A DNA stretch of 53,599 nucleotides from Octopus bimaculoides. Lineage: Eukaryota. The stretch spans positions 5,681,086 to 5,734,684 of the forward strand of contig NC_068988.1 in assembly GCF_001194135.2 (NCBI RefSeq), written 5' to 3'. Under the pieces are notes generated by a model that searched no databases, had not been told where the DNA came from, and saw only the letters and a program-made list of their open reading frames with translations. Below are positions 27,338 to 39,995 of the stretch, one piece after another. Every line of letters starts with the position of its first letter. Positions within the stretch are counted from its first letter, which is position 1. The position numbers and the translations under genes are program-made.

Positions 27338-28291
27338 CGATCTGTTTAAACGAATTCCACACCTAATCATTGCCAACCAAAAGAACAGCAAAACGTTTGC
27401 ATTCAATAATACATAAACATATGGGTACAGGTTAGTTTTGAAGGAATAGTTTATCATTCCATAAGTTGCAATGCAGCAGCTTATTATACTACCGAGTACA
27501 ATAAATCCTGTTGTCATCTGCAGCGATTCATTGACTAATCTCAGTATTGTGCTTAGAGCATCGTGTGTGTTACATATTTCTGTAATCTTTTCATGTTTCT
27601 TGAAAAAACCAGTCTTATCTGATTGCCGTTCCTTTACGAATCGTTGAGCCTCCTTCGCCACTTTGTTAAATTCATAAATAAGTGTAATAGTGATTATAAA
27701 GTCTGCATAGAGATCTAATAACACGATTGCCAGAGAGATTCCATTGAATATATTTTGTATTGCAAAAACTGGTATATAATATGTATTGTATGTTGGTAGA
27801 GGAAATATTAAAAATGTCAGAAAATCGTTACTGTAGAGCGGAAAAATGAGATCTACAGAGGTGTTGAGAAGGAGAAGGGCGAATATAAATACAAAGAAAG
27901 TTGTATGTGAATATATTAAATTAGTGTTATAATATTTTCTATCTTCTTCGTCAGTTTCAAGTTCGGCAAAATGTTCAAATAGTTGCTTGTCGTCAGAATC
28001 CTTTAACATTTTCACCAAACAGAAAAGAGATAAGTAACACCAGACAATTAATTCGTAAAAATACGGAAATATTTCACCTGTGTTAGTATTTTTCAGTTGT
28101 ATTAAACTCACAAGACATCGAATCGGGTTGATAATCAAACATACGAGGTACAGCAAATAAAATGCAGACAAGCAAATTGCTTTAAACTCGAGTGCTTTCA
28201 GCATTGATTTATTCATAAAATATTTCCGAATATTCTGAATATTTTGATATAACTCCAACATTTTCAAGAATTTTGTTTGATTTGCTTTCAT
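27338..28291 (-). CDS. GRL/7TMIC-like receptor cassette 4: large coding exon (318 codons)
   Basis: ATG at 28291; intact frame; donor TCG|GTAAGT at 27337; recent duplicate of cassette 5. Confidence 0.82.
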
Positions 28292-29230
28292 GCTTATTCA
28301 AATTCCCTCGTCTTGAGAGACGTTTCCTTTGAAACAGATGAACACGGTGATAGGGATCAGACGATGTATAAAGTCTTCTTAAGGTTTTCAACTACTTCTG
28401 AAATGTTTCTGATACTGTTGCATAAATTAATCTACCAGAAAAACATTCACAATATCTAATTGCAAAATAAAATATGTATCAACGGACCTCATTCGTTTAG
28501 AGAGTACTATAAGCCTATTGATACAGATACAGCGCTTTATAGAATATATCTGGTATCAAATTAAAATACTATCAATGCGTTTCATGTAAAAAAAAAATGC
28601 GATGATTTGTAGTCATTAATGTGTTACATTTCATATGGTCAATAACCTATTTTCAAGTCTTATGTATTATCTTCTTTTTAAAGAAATAGGAATAAGAACA
28701 GTAATTATTGGTGATGTGGATTGGGTGCCTTTGTTTGGAAGATTTTATTGACATGTAAATATAAGGAGTACTCTTCCTTGGCTATTAAGAAAATCAATAC
28801 TAATTTGTATATGATAATCAAATATATTTTCGTAATAACATTTTATACATAAACAGATTTTACATCAACAGTTATACATAAACACAAGCAGAAGTATACA
28901 CACACACGCGCGCGCACACACGCGCGTACACACACGCGCGCACACACACGCGCGCACACACACATACACACACACATGAATATGTATATATGTAAGTATA
29001 TGTTGTAAAGCGGTCTTTTGCCACTGTTGTATCTGTCTTTTGACGACGGTTGTAGCTTTGACAGATATTCTTATATTCCGAAGTTGTCGATAGAATGGTT
29101 CTCTCTGGCACTGTACAATTCCCAGACAAACAGTGTTGTTATCCTCAAAAGGTTGGATCGTTGTAACGTTCACTCAGTACCACAGCATAATTACTACATC
29201 AGAACAGACACGACTACCAACATAGTCTAC

Positions 29231-29284
29231 ACTTACTCTCGATCTTCTTGAACTTCTGATGACCGCCTACAAATGTATTTTATA
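29231..29284 (-). promoter_or_regulatory. Putative TATA/Inr/micro-exon/donor module of cassette 4
   Basis: TATAAAA at 29284, TCAGAAG with A at 29257, donor GTAAGT at 29236; same TATA-to-A distance in cassette 5. Confidence 0.35.
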
Positions 29285-29366
29285 ATAGCTGTGTAATACC
29301 ATTTTTTTTTTACCGAGAGGTGTGTACAGTTTCACTATGCAGCAGTATATATAAATAAATAAATAA

Positions 29367-29397
<31 letters not shown>

Positions 29398-29961
29398 NNN
29401 NNNNNNNNNNNNNNNNNNNNNNNNNNNNNNNNNNNNNNNNNNNNNNNNNNNNNNNNNNNNNNNNNNNNNNNNNNNNNNNNNNNNNNNNNNNNNNNNNNNN
29501 NNNNNNNNNNNNNNNNNNNNNNNNNNNNNNNNNNNNNNNNNNNNNNNNNNNNNNNNNNNNNNNNNNNNNNNNNNNNNNNNNNNNNNNNNNNNNNNNNNNN
29601 NNNNNNNNNNNNNNNNNNNNNNNNNNNNNNNNNNNNNNNNNNNNNNNNNNNNNNNNNNNNNNNNNNNNNNNNNNNNNNNNNNNNNNNNNNNNNNNNNNNN
29701 NNNNNNNNNNNNNNNNNNNNNNNNNNNNNNNNNNNNNNNNNNNNNNNNNNNNNNNNNNNNNNNNNNNNNNNNNNNNNNNNNNNNNNNNNNNNNNNNNNNN
29801 NNNNNNNNNNNNNNNNNNNNNNNNNNNNNNNNNNNNNNNNNNNNNNNNNNNNNNNNNNNNNNNNNNNNNNNNNNNNNNNNNNNNNNNNNNNNNNNNNNNN
29901 NNNNNNNNNNNNNNNNNNNNNNNNNNNNNNNNNNNNNNNNNNNNNNNNNNNNNNNNNNNNN

Positions 29962-30031
<70 letters not shown>

Positions 30032-30299
30032 CCACATATATGTGTGTATATATGAGTAAAAGTAAGTCAAACAAGTTCGGCTTAATACAAAACAATGAAC
30101 ATATATTTACATACAAAATTGTCCGACTTATTCAGAATAGAAATGGTAGGAGGAATTAAAAGTTTTGAATAATAGCTTAATGTGTCCAATTGCTGTTTAT
30201 CGGGACTTGGTGGTCCAAAATAATGATTGTGAATTTATTCCATCATCAGACCATACCAGCCTCCATCCTCAGGGAAGAAATTTTCATTTAAGGTTTTGA

Positions 30300-30560
30300 C
30301 AGAATGGAGTTTAAATATATATCACCCTTTCCATAAACCCAGCCAGTCTTTGCAATATATAAATGTCCGCTCTAATCACCATAAATTTATCATTAATAGC
30401 GTAGTTACAGTCATATCTATCACAATCTCTAACTTATCTGTTAACAAAGTATTTTTTAACACTCATGCCCCTTATTATAATCAGGAGCTTCAAATAAGCG
30501 GCTTCCTCGAAGAAATCTATTATATCCGCAACATTAAGCTTAAAATTAATATAGCACATC
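30300..30560 (+). mobile_element. Penelope-like retroelement RT C-terminal fragment
   Basis: YHPFHKPSQSLQYINVRSNH...ISNLSVNKVFFNTHAPYYNQELQISGF resembles the PLE motif YRP..KP....YI...SNHP....IS.LS.....F....P.Y...L..SG. Confidence 0.6.
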
Positions 30561-31296
30561 TCTTTCCCAATACTTAACTAGAATGTAGGGACACTACTTC
30601 CACTCTAGACGAATCCAAAACTCTAAAATGAAAACCATACACATTGGTCTCAACCGCACCATTGGCCACTCGGAGCCTTTAACAGCTAAGTTAGTTCACA
30701 AGAAATATTGCCAGTGGTGAGCTGGCAGAAACGTTAGCACGCTGGGCGAAATGCTTACGCACAGAGTAAACTGGATACGATATGATATATATCCACCATT
30801 GCAACTATAATCGTCTCTGGAAAATACCCACAAGGATTCTTTACATGGATGTTTACTATTGGAATGGAACTATACTCCAAGTACTTTTTCTTCTTTGTTC
30901 TTTCTTCTACGCATCGCTCTCATTTCTTACTACAAATCTCCTCATATAGATGTAATAATCCATTCTTCTACTTTTACCGTCTCCGATGAAGGGAAACATT
31001 GAATTTTCCCTGAAACAGCTGTAAGACTTTCTACATAAAATATAAATTTACTTATATCATTGGTCTCTTTATCTCATTCTTTTTTTATATACACACACGC
31101 TAATACACGGCCCACGTTATATTCCCCACTCATGTTGCAACCACATCAGGGGCAAAACTAGTCGGTATACAGCACTTACTCGGTATTACCTGTATCCTTA
31201 GGGTTTGGTTGACTCCAATACCCTTCGCAAATTTTATATATATTGGATAGATACTATCCCTTAGTGGGTTGAACCCTCAACCCCTAACTCTCTCGC

Positions 31297-31338
<42 letters not shown>

Positions 31339-31632
31339 NNNNNNNNNNNNNNNNNNNNNNNNNNNNNNNNNNNNNNNNNNNNNNNNNNNNNNNNNNNNNN
31401 NNNNNNNNNNNNNNNNNNNNNNNNNNNNNNNNNNNNNNNNNNNNNNNNNNNNNNNNNNNNNNNNNNNNNNNNNNNNNNNNNNNNNNNNNNNNNNNNNNNN
31501 NNNNNNNATATATATATATATATATGCATTTACATACATATATATACACGCACAAGTTCACATAAAACCCCTCACACACACACGCACACGCACACGCACA
31601 CGCACACACACAAATACACTCACATGCATGTA

Positions 31633-32290
31633 TCAGGTCATCCCAGAAGTTCTGTCCGATTTTGCCTTTTTTAAAACTGAATGAATTTTAATAGTATTTT
31701 AGAATGTCTAATGGAATTAAAAAATATTTATATGCATTTGTGTACATTTAAACTAATTAAATATTATTTTACAGAATAATAGAATTAAAATTTCTTTGAT
31801 TAAAACTCTCTCTAACATGGAAGTATCCAAAGACCATTTAAGGCACAGAATGCTTTATGAGTACAAAAAAGGAAACGCTGCAGCTGAAGCGACTCGAAAC
31901 ATACACTCAGTTTATGGGAAAGAATGCTTGAATGAAAGAACTTGCAGAAGATGGTTTGCAAAATTCAGAAGTGGAGATTTCAGCCTTGAAGTTGAAGATC
32001 GAACAGGACGTCCAGTTGAGTTTGATGATAAGCTCCTTGAGGCATTACTTGAAGAAAATCCTGCATTACCAGTTGAAGATTTGGCAATAAAGCTTAGTTC
32101 AAACCATACAACTGTTCATCGTCATCTTCAACAACTTGGAAAGGATCCTTAACTTGGAAAATGGATGCCTCATGAATTGTCCGAAAACAACCGCAAATCC
32201 CGAGTTGACGTCTGCTCTTCTCTCCATTCTCGAGAACAAATTTCACCCTTTTTGGATAGACTTGTGACTGTATTGACAGTTATGGGTGGT
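31633..32290 (+). mobile_element. 5' half of a mariner transposon
   Basis: TA + tcaggtcatcccagaagttctgtccg terminus; MEVSKDHLRHRMLYEYKKGNAAAEATRNI...RRWFAKFRSGDFSLE...HRHLQQLGK, WMPHEL, FLDRLVT; truncated afterwards. Confidence 0.88.
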
Positions 32291-32694
32291 GTGCAATGAA
32301 AAAAGGTGAAAAAAAAATGAAAAATAGAAGAAAATGCTACAAATATAAAATTATGAGAGAGATTTAGAGATGGTCGTAAAACTACTAAGGAAAGGATAAT
32401 GTACACGGAAAAATATTAAGGAATAAAAGTGAGTATCAATAGAAGAGAGTTTTGAGAAAAAAAAACAAAAATACATACAACCGTTACAAAAGGATTCGTG
32501 ATAAAGATTTGTTTACAGAAATCTTTTTACGGTTTAGAGAGTTATAGTGGAGTGGAGATAATTCAAAGTGTAAACTCAGAAAAAGAATATTCTGGGGAAA
32601 TACACACGTATACACATACACGTACATACATATATATGCAGAAAAAAACATACGCATACACTTAAACTTACATACATACACCTACACACACAAA

Positions 32695-32801
32695 ATAGAT
32701 GGATGTATATATATATACGAAAAACAAAAATATATACTCACATATTTATTTACTCATGTGAGTATATATATTTGTTTTCCGTATATATATACATCCATCT
32801 A
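32695..32801. repeat. ~107-bp hairpin
   Basis: atagatggatgtatatatatacg...actcacat pairs with atgtgagt...cgtatatatatacatccatctat. Confidence 0.75.
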
Positions 32802-33786
32802 TAACAGCTTATTCTATGACTAAAGACACACTAGCTGCAGAACTACCACTGTTAGAATTAATTCCTATCAGACGTAAAATAATCTAGAGAACCAATACCG
32901 TATAATAAAATCAAAAGAAAAATCCCTGACAACGCGACAGACCTTGTAAAAAATTCCACAATAAATAGCTGTGCATATGATAAACGAAATTAATTCTACA
33001 TTAACGAATGAGATTGTTAGACATAATTCAGGAAGAAGGAAGAATATGTTGTTGTCGAAATAAAACTGTTTAAATGCTGGGGGCAATGACAAGTAGGAAG
33101 AAGTCTGAGAATAAATATTAAAATCCCTTCTGCTGGGAGCACATGGCTTCAAAGAATAAAAAGTAAAAAAAAAAAAAGATCGAATATGAAATTCATTCGT
33201 AATTTCTAATCTCCATTAAATTCCTGAATAATAGAATGACCGCCAATGAATATTAAAATTATCATTTAATAGGGGTTTCTGCATGAATAGTATTTTCTAC
33301 TTTTCATTTCACATCTTGGCACAAGACCAGCGGGTTAGATGCTATGAATGGATCACATCGATCTGAGAGTTCAAGATGAGACTTACTTTATTGGCAGGTG
33401 TTGTTAGAAGTGAAATCTCAGCCCTTGCAAGACCATGTGACCCATCTTGCGAGTTGCCATCTTGGTCTTCCCCCGTTCCATCATTCCGTAAAAACAAACC
33501 TAAATAAGCTAGGTTTCTGTAAATGAGTCTGCGAAATTTTAAAGTTGCATAGAGACGAATCAGACTGTTTGAAATAATAAAATGATTATATCACAGACTA
33601 AATCTACGCATGTACGTGTATGTGTATACCTATGTTTGAATGTGAGTGTGCGAGTGTGAATGTATGTACATTGAACAACTAGCTACTCATAATGTGTTTG
33701 TGTGTCTGTGCGTGAGTATATGCGTGTGTGCTTATTTGTGTGTAAATGAATGTACAAAGCACAACTAGTAATCTTATATCACTTAC

Positions 33787-34731
33787 CGATCTGTTTAAAC
33801 GAATTCCAAACCGAATCATTGCCAACCAAAGGAGCAGCATAACGTTTGCATTCAATAATACATAAACATATGGGTACAGGTTAGTTTTGAAGGAATAGTT
33901 TATCATTCCATAAGTTGCAAGGCAGCAGCTTATTATACTACCGAGTACAATAAATCCTGTTGTCATCTGCAGCGATTCATTGACTAATCTCAGTATTGTG
34001 CTTAGAGCATCGTGTGTGTTACATATTTCTGTAATCTTTTCATGTTTCTTGAAAAAAACAGTCTTATCTGATTGCCGTTCCTTTAAGAATCGTTGAGCCT
34101 CCTTCGCCACTTTGTTAAATTCATAAATAAGTGTATTAGTGATTATAAAGTCTGCATAGAGATCTAATAACACGATTGCCAGAGAGATTCCATTGAATAT
34201 ATTTTGTATTGTTAAAACTAGTATATAATATGTATTGTATGTTGGTAGAGGAAATATTAAAAATGTCAGAAAATCGTTACTGTAGAGCGGAAAAATGAGA
34301 TCTACAGAGGTGTCGAGAAGGAGAGGGGCGAATATAAATACAAAGAAAGTTGTATGTGAATATATTAAATTAGTGTTATAATATTTTCTATCTTCTTCGT
34401 CAGTTTCAAGTTCGGCAAAATGTTCAAATAGTTGCTTGTCGTCAGAATCCTTTAACATTTTCGCGAAAGAGAAAAGAAATAAGTAACATCTGTAAAATAA
34501 TATGTAAAGATACACAAACATTCCACCTGTGTTAGTATTTTGCAGTTCTATTAAAGCCACAAGATGTCTAATCGGGTTGATAATCAAATATATGAAGTAC
34601 AGCAAGTAAAATGCAGACAAGCAAATTGCTTTAAACTCGAATGCTTTCAGCATTGATTTATTCATAAAATATTTCCGAATATTTCGATATAACTCCAACA
34701 TTTTAAAGAACTGTGTTTGACTTGCTTTCAT
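33787..34731 (-). CDS. GRL/7TMIC-like receptor cassette 5: large coding exon (315 codons; in-frame 9-nt N-terminal deletion relative to cassette 4)
   Basis: ATG at 34731; intact frame; donor TCG|GTAAGT at 33786. Confidence 0.82.
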
Positions 34732-35298
34732 GCTTATTTAAATTCCCTCGTCTTGAGAGACGTTTCCTTTGAAACAGATGAACACGGTGATAGGGATCAG
34801 ACGATGTATAAAGTCTTCTTAAGGTTTTCAACTACTTCTGAAATGTTTCTGATACAGTTGCATAAATTAATCTACCAGAAAAACATTCACAATATCTAAT
34901 TGCAAAATAAAATATGTATCAACGGACCTCATTCGTTTAGAGAGTACTATAGGCGTATTGATACAGCGATGATTTGTTAGCGTTAATGTATTACATTTCA
35001 TACGATCAATAATTTATTTCCAAGTCATATATTTTGCATGGTTAAGAAATAGAATAGAAACAATTATACTAATTATACTAATTGTTGATGATGTGTTTCT
35101 GTTTTGAACATTTTATTGCCATGTAAATATAAGGAGTCCGCTCCCGTGTATATAATAATCAAATATATTTTCGTAATTACATTTTATACGTAATCAGTTT
35201 TACATAAGCAGTTATACATATACACAAGCTTTAAGCCACTGTTGTGCCTGTCTTTCGATATATATTGCTATATCTGGCACTGTACGACCCTAAGAGTA

Positions 35299-35675
35299 GA
35301 GGTGCAATAGCCCAGTGGTTAGGGCAGCGGACTCGCGGTCGTCGGATCGCAGTTTCGATTCCCAGACCGGGCGTTGTGAGTGTTTATTGAGCGAGAACAC
35401 CCAAAGCTCCACGTAGCTCCGGCAGGCGGTGGTGGCGACCCATACTGTATTTTCACCACAACTTTCTCTCACTCTTCCCACTGTTTCTGCTGTACCTGTA
35501 TTTCAAAGGGCCAGCCTTATCACTCTGTGTCACGTTGAATCTCCCTGAGAACTACGTTAAGTGTACACGTGTCTGTGGAGTGATCAGCTACTTGCACGTT
35601 AATTTCACGAGCATGCTGTTACATTGATCGGATCAACTAGAAACCTCGTCGTCGTAACCGACGGAGTGCCACGAA
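35299..35675 (+). mobile_element. Full-length tRNA-derived SINE (third family)
   Basis: A-box TAGCCCAGTGGTTAG and B-box GTTTCGATTCCC; absent at the homologous site upstream of cassette 4 (~29115). Confidence 0.85.
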
Positions 35676-35793
35676 GACGAGCCCCAGTCGTACAGTGTTA
35701 CTATCCTCAATGTGTTCGATCGTTATAATGTCCACTCAGAATCACAGTATAATTACTATATCAGCACAGACGTAATTAGCAACACAGTCTCCA

Positions 35794-35838
35794 CCTTACT
35801 ATCGATCTTCTGACGGCCGTTTACTAATCTTTTTTATA
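35794..35838 (-). promoter_or_regulatory. Putative TATA/Inr/micro-exon/donor module of cassette 5
   Basis: TATAAAA at 35838, TCAGAAG with A at 35811, donor GTAAGG at 35799. Confidence 0.35.
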
Positions 35839-36398
35839 ATGACTGGATAATACCACTTTTGCCGGAGGGTGTACAGTTTCACTATAAAGCAGGAGATATT
35901 CACACACACACACACACACATATACATATAGATAGATAGTAAAGTAACAAACTGAGGAGAAGAAAACCTTTAAAGGGAAGTGTTAAACATCCAGTTCACT
36001 GGTACGTCAGCTGGATACCATATAAATATTGGTATATTTCAATTACAAAGATAAACTAAATCTAGAGATTTACTATTGACAATCCAATACTTATTTATTT
36101 TACAATATTACATTAAATACTATCAATATTATATAACATAACATATTATATAACATAAATAATTATAAAGACTATAAATGACCAGCAAATTGTTCCGACT
36201 TATAAGTATTTTTTCTGATATACATTATCACAGTTCTACTATATATGAAGTCACTTCAGGTCTTAGCTATAGAAAAAGATGAAATTCCGTGTGAAAGGAT
36301 GGCTGGATTGTAAAAAATTAATTCAAATGTTTATGTTATGCGCCTGAGTGTTAACTATTCAGTCATTCATCAATTACAATTAAAAAACAACAAAAACC

Positions 36399-36960
36399 CT
36401 GTGTTTAATTTGAATCCATGCTTATTCTAATTCTGTCGCCTCGAGCGATGTGTCCATACAATCTGATAACCTCGGCGAGGGGTTCGACACAGTATATAAA
36501 GTCGTTTTTCTTTTTAAAGTTTTCTACTATTCTTTACTATTTCTGTTTGTGTTGTAAAATTTAATCTACCAAGCAAATATAAACAGTGTCAGATAGCAAA
36601 ATGAAATATGTAACAAAGGACTACATTCATATTGACAGTTTTACAGTCCCATAACTACAGGGCTTTATAGAATATATCTGGTATTAGATTTCATCACTAT
36701 TAATACTATTCATGAAAAATCTGCGATGATTTCTGGGCGTTAATGTGTTATATTTCATAAGGACAATAACTTATTTTCAAGTCTTATATATTTTCTACGT
36801 TGACGAAATAGAAATAATAACAACAACTGATGTGTGGATCGGGTGCCTTTCATTTGAACGTTTTATTGCTATGTAAATACAAGTAAGCTACCGTGCTTAT
36901 TAAGATAATCAATATGAATTTGCATGTATTAATCGAATACATTTTCGTATTTACATCAAC
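36399..36960 (-). pseudogene. 5' relic of a cassette-3/4/5-type gene: upstream region plus ~7 degraded codons
   Basis: 36420-36960 aligns with the upstream regions of cassettes 3-5. ATG GAT TCA AAT TAA ACA CAG corresponds to ATG AAA GCA AAT CAA ACA CAG. No further coding homology is visible downstream. Confidence 0.65.
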
Positions 36961-37049
36961 AGTAAACGTAAACAGCATAGACAGTTATACATATACACTC
37001 ACAACTATATTTTTATTTTATGTATACATAAACATGTATATGTGTGTAT

Positions 37050-37112
<63 letters not shown>

Positions 37113-37689
37113 GTATGTATACATATACATAAACATACGTGTGTTTGTGAATGTGTGCATGTATGTGTAAAAACCATTGTTTAGTTTGTGGGTTGGCACC
37201 ATCATTTACATCAGGAACAATTATTAAGATATTAATTTTATATATTTCTTAATTGGCAACGATTATGGGTACCATTCATTATTCACTCGTCTAGGTGTGT
37301 TTCTTTATTGAAAATAAGTACATATAACAAAGCAGGCGATAAAATGCAGTCGGCTAAGCGGATGAATCCCTAGAACTTATCGAACGATTGAAAAAGAGAC
37401 CATGATTGCCTTCTGAGATACATTTGTCCTCCGCAGTTTAGCCCACTACTACGAGCTATAGTCCGCACGCAATGTAATGTTAACGGTAGAACTTGAATAA
37501 AGCTGGCAATCAAATGCAGGCGTCTAAGCGGATGAATCCTTAGAACTTATAGAACGAGTTAAAAGGAGACCATATTTGCAATTTGGGGGTCATTTGTCCT
37601 TTGCAGTTTAGACCACTGCAACAAATTATAGTCCCTACGCAATGTAAAAGTAACAGCCGAAAGTGAAGCAATCTAATGAAGCTTCACGT

Positions 37690-38060
37690 AAATGTATAAA
37701 TGTGGCAGATGAGCCCCTGCAAAAGGTTAAAATAATTATCAGTCTGCTCCCGAAAACCGATGCAGAAAAGATACGTTGTGATATACTTCTGGAAAATCCT
37801 AGAAAAACTTGTACCGAAGTTTGGCATCGAAAATTGTACAATCACTAGAACGAGACACCACGCCATAGCGCCAAAGTTCCTAACATCACCATCTGCACAG
37901 AGGACCATGTGGTGCGACAGCTTGGAATTCATGGGCCTACAGCTCTTTAAAATCCTCATGAAATGCCTGAGTGAACTTCGTAGAGCTGATGTAGGTCTGT
38001 TCAGAACAAACCCGAATCTTCTCTTGTCAAGAATTCCGGATGAAGCTATCTCGTTATTAT
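37690..38060 (+). mobile_element. 3' end of a CR1-like LINE
   Basis: RYVVIYFWKILEKLVPKFGI...CDSLEFMGLQLFKIL...LLSRIPDE matches the CR1/Jockey-group ORF2 C-terminus (RY.IIY.WK...G..LFN.LP...L...PD). Confidence 0.7.
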
Positions 38061-38139
38061 TTTGTTCACTGCCATAGGTGTCAAGAAGACACTCGGGAAG
38101 AAATGGAAACAGAATTGAAAGAAGATGCTAATGAAACTA

Positions 38140-38140
38140 T

Positions 38141-38186
<46 letters not shown>

Positions 38187-38229
38187 GCTACTACTACTAC
38201 TACTACTACTACTAATAATAATAATAATG

Positions 38230-38270
<41 letters not shown>
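38140..38270 (+). repeat. Compound (ACT)n-(AAT)n microsatellite
   Basis: Direct reading. Many other (CA)n, (TA)n, (CT)n, (ATAG)n and (AAT)n tracts occur throughout and border every N-gap. Confidence 0.95.
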
Positions 38271-38271
<1 letters not shown>

Positions 38272-38715
38272 GGCTACAGCAAATATTCTGCTTAATACCA
38301 CAGATTTGCTTGTCAGTTGTTTGACCTTAACCAGTTGAGCATGTCCCTTGGTGGCTGACGATATGTGCATCTCTGATCACGAGCAGAAGTAGTGGGGGAG
38401 CATCATAGCCATGTGTTGAGAAGATTTCTTTGGGGTNNNNNNNNNNNNNNNNNNNNNNNNNNNNNNNNNNNNNNNNTTAAACAAACCTTATTCAGGGACC
38501 TTTTGAGCGGGATGGGCTACTTGACCTGAAAAAAATTCTAACTGGGCCCCACCTGCGAGGTCATGCGCTGTTTATCTTGATATGAGATCACCATGTCACG
38601 CACATATGGTTGTGATGCATGTGTACCCTTATCAGACGGGTAGTCATGATGGGTATATTGGGTTTTGTATTTTTTACCCCAGTGTCACTTTGATGGCATG
38701 CACTGCTCTCTCACT
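38271..38715. repeat. Interspersed repeat of unknown class between (AAT)n arrays
   Basis: GC-richer block bounded by AAT microsatellites; recognised as a recurrent octopus repeat; no coding signal. Confidence 0.4.
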
Positions 38716-38716
38716 C

Positions 38717-38763
<47 letters not shown>

Positions 38764-39041
38764 GAAGAAGAAGAAGAAGATGAAGATGAAGAGGAAGAAG
38801 AAGAATGGAGAGAAATGTGATGGTAGAAAAAGATCGATGAGTCTAGAGAGACGAAATTTTCGTCCAGTATTTCAAATATGTTTTATCAGTACAGCATGTA
38901 GTGGAATGAGGAAAAATGAAATATATCCCCCCCCCTCCTCAATGAGTTTGCCAGTTCACCATCTTTTATGATGTCATAAGTATTATTAAAATACAGATAA
39001 AATGAAAGAAGAGATGTGTATAAATAGATTTCATAACTTAC

Positions 39042-39995
39042 CGATTTATTTAAACGGACTCCGATCCAAACAATTACCATCAAATATATTAGGATAACAG
39101 ATGATAGATACACAGCATACATGTATAAAACTGATGATATATTTTCAAATGAACCATTTATAATTCCGTAAGTTATAACACAACATCCAGTAATACTACT
39201 GAGTACGAGAAATCCCGAAGAGAATTTAAATGAGTCATTTACTAATCTCAGGATTGTACAGAGGGTATCATGTGTATGACATATTTCTGTAATCTCTTTA
39301 TATTTCTTAAAGAAATACGAAGTGTCTGATTGCTTTTCGTTAACGTATATCTGAGCTTCATTCGCTACTTTATTAAATTCGTATATCAGTGCAGTCTCAA
39401 TCGCATAGTTCATATACCATTCAAATATCACAAACATAATTGATACGCAATTAAATAAAATCTGTGGTATTAAAATAAACCAGTGATATGGATTGCTGAT
39501 TGGCACAGGGTATGTTAAGAAAGTGCGAAAATTGTTACTGAAAATCAAAATTACAAATTCTATAATAGGATAGAACATAACTTGCGAGACTAGAACCATA
39601 CAGAGTGATTTATAAGAATATGAAAATTTACAATTGTAAAATTTTGCATCTTCTCCAATTTCAAGTCCACCGAATGCTTCAATGATTTGTGTGACTTTGG
39701 ATTCTTTGAAGATGTTTATAAGAAAGTAGAGCGGAAGAAAGTCACGGGAAAATATTACGTACGTATATAGAAATATTTCACCAGTTGAACTACGTTCTCG
39801 TTGTAGTAAACCAACAAAATTACGAATAGGGTTTACAACTACAAATATAAGATATGCGATGTAAAAGCCATAAATAAAGACCGTGTTAAATTTAAGAGAT
39901 TTCAGTGATGATAGAGTCACAACTGATTTTTTGATAATATCAATTTTCCGGTAGAATTCGAGCATTTTAAAAAAATGTGTTTCATTTAGTTGCAT
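39042..39995 (-). CDS. GRL/7TMIC-like receptor cassette 6: large coding exon (318 codons)
   Basis: ATG at 39995 (MQLNETHFFKM); family motifs; donor TCG|GTAAGT at 39041. Confidence 0.82.

Larger units (their letters stand above)
26590..29345 (-). repeat. Duplicated cassette unit (copy A), homologous to 33090-35890
   Basis: Continuous alignable sequence covering ~1 kb upstream, the coding exon and ~750 nt of downstream intron. Confidence 0.85.
33090..35890 (-). repeat. Duplicated cassette unit (copy B), with an extra SINE at ~35299-35675
   Basis: Aligns with 26590-29345 apart from indels and the SINE insertion. Confidence 0.85.
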
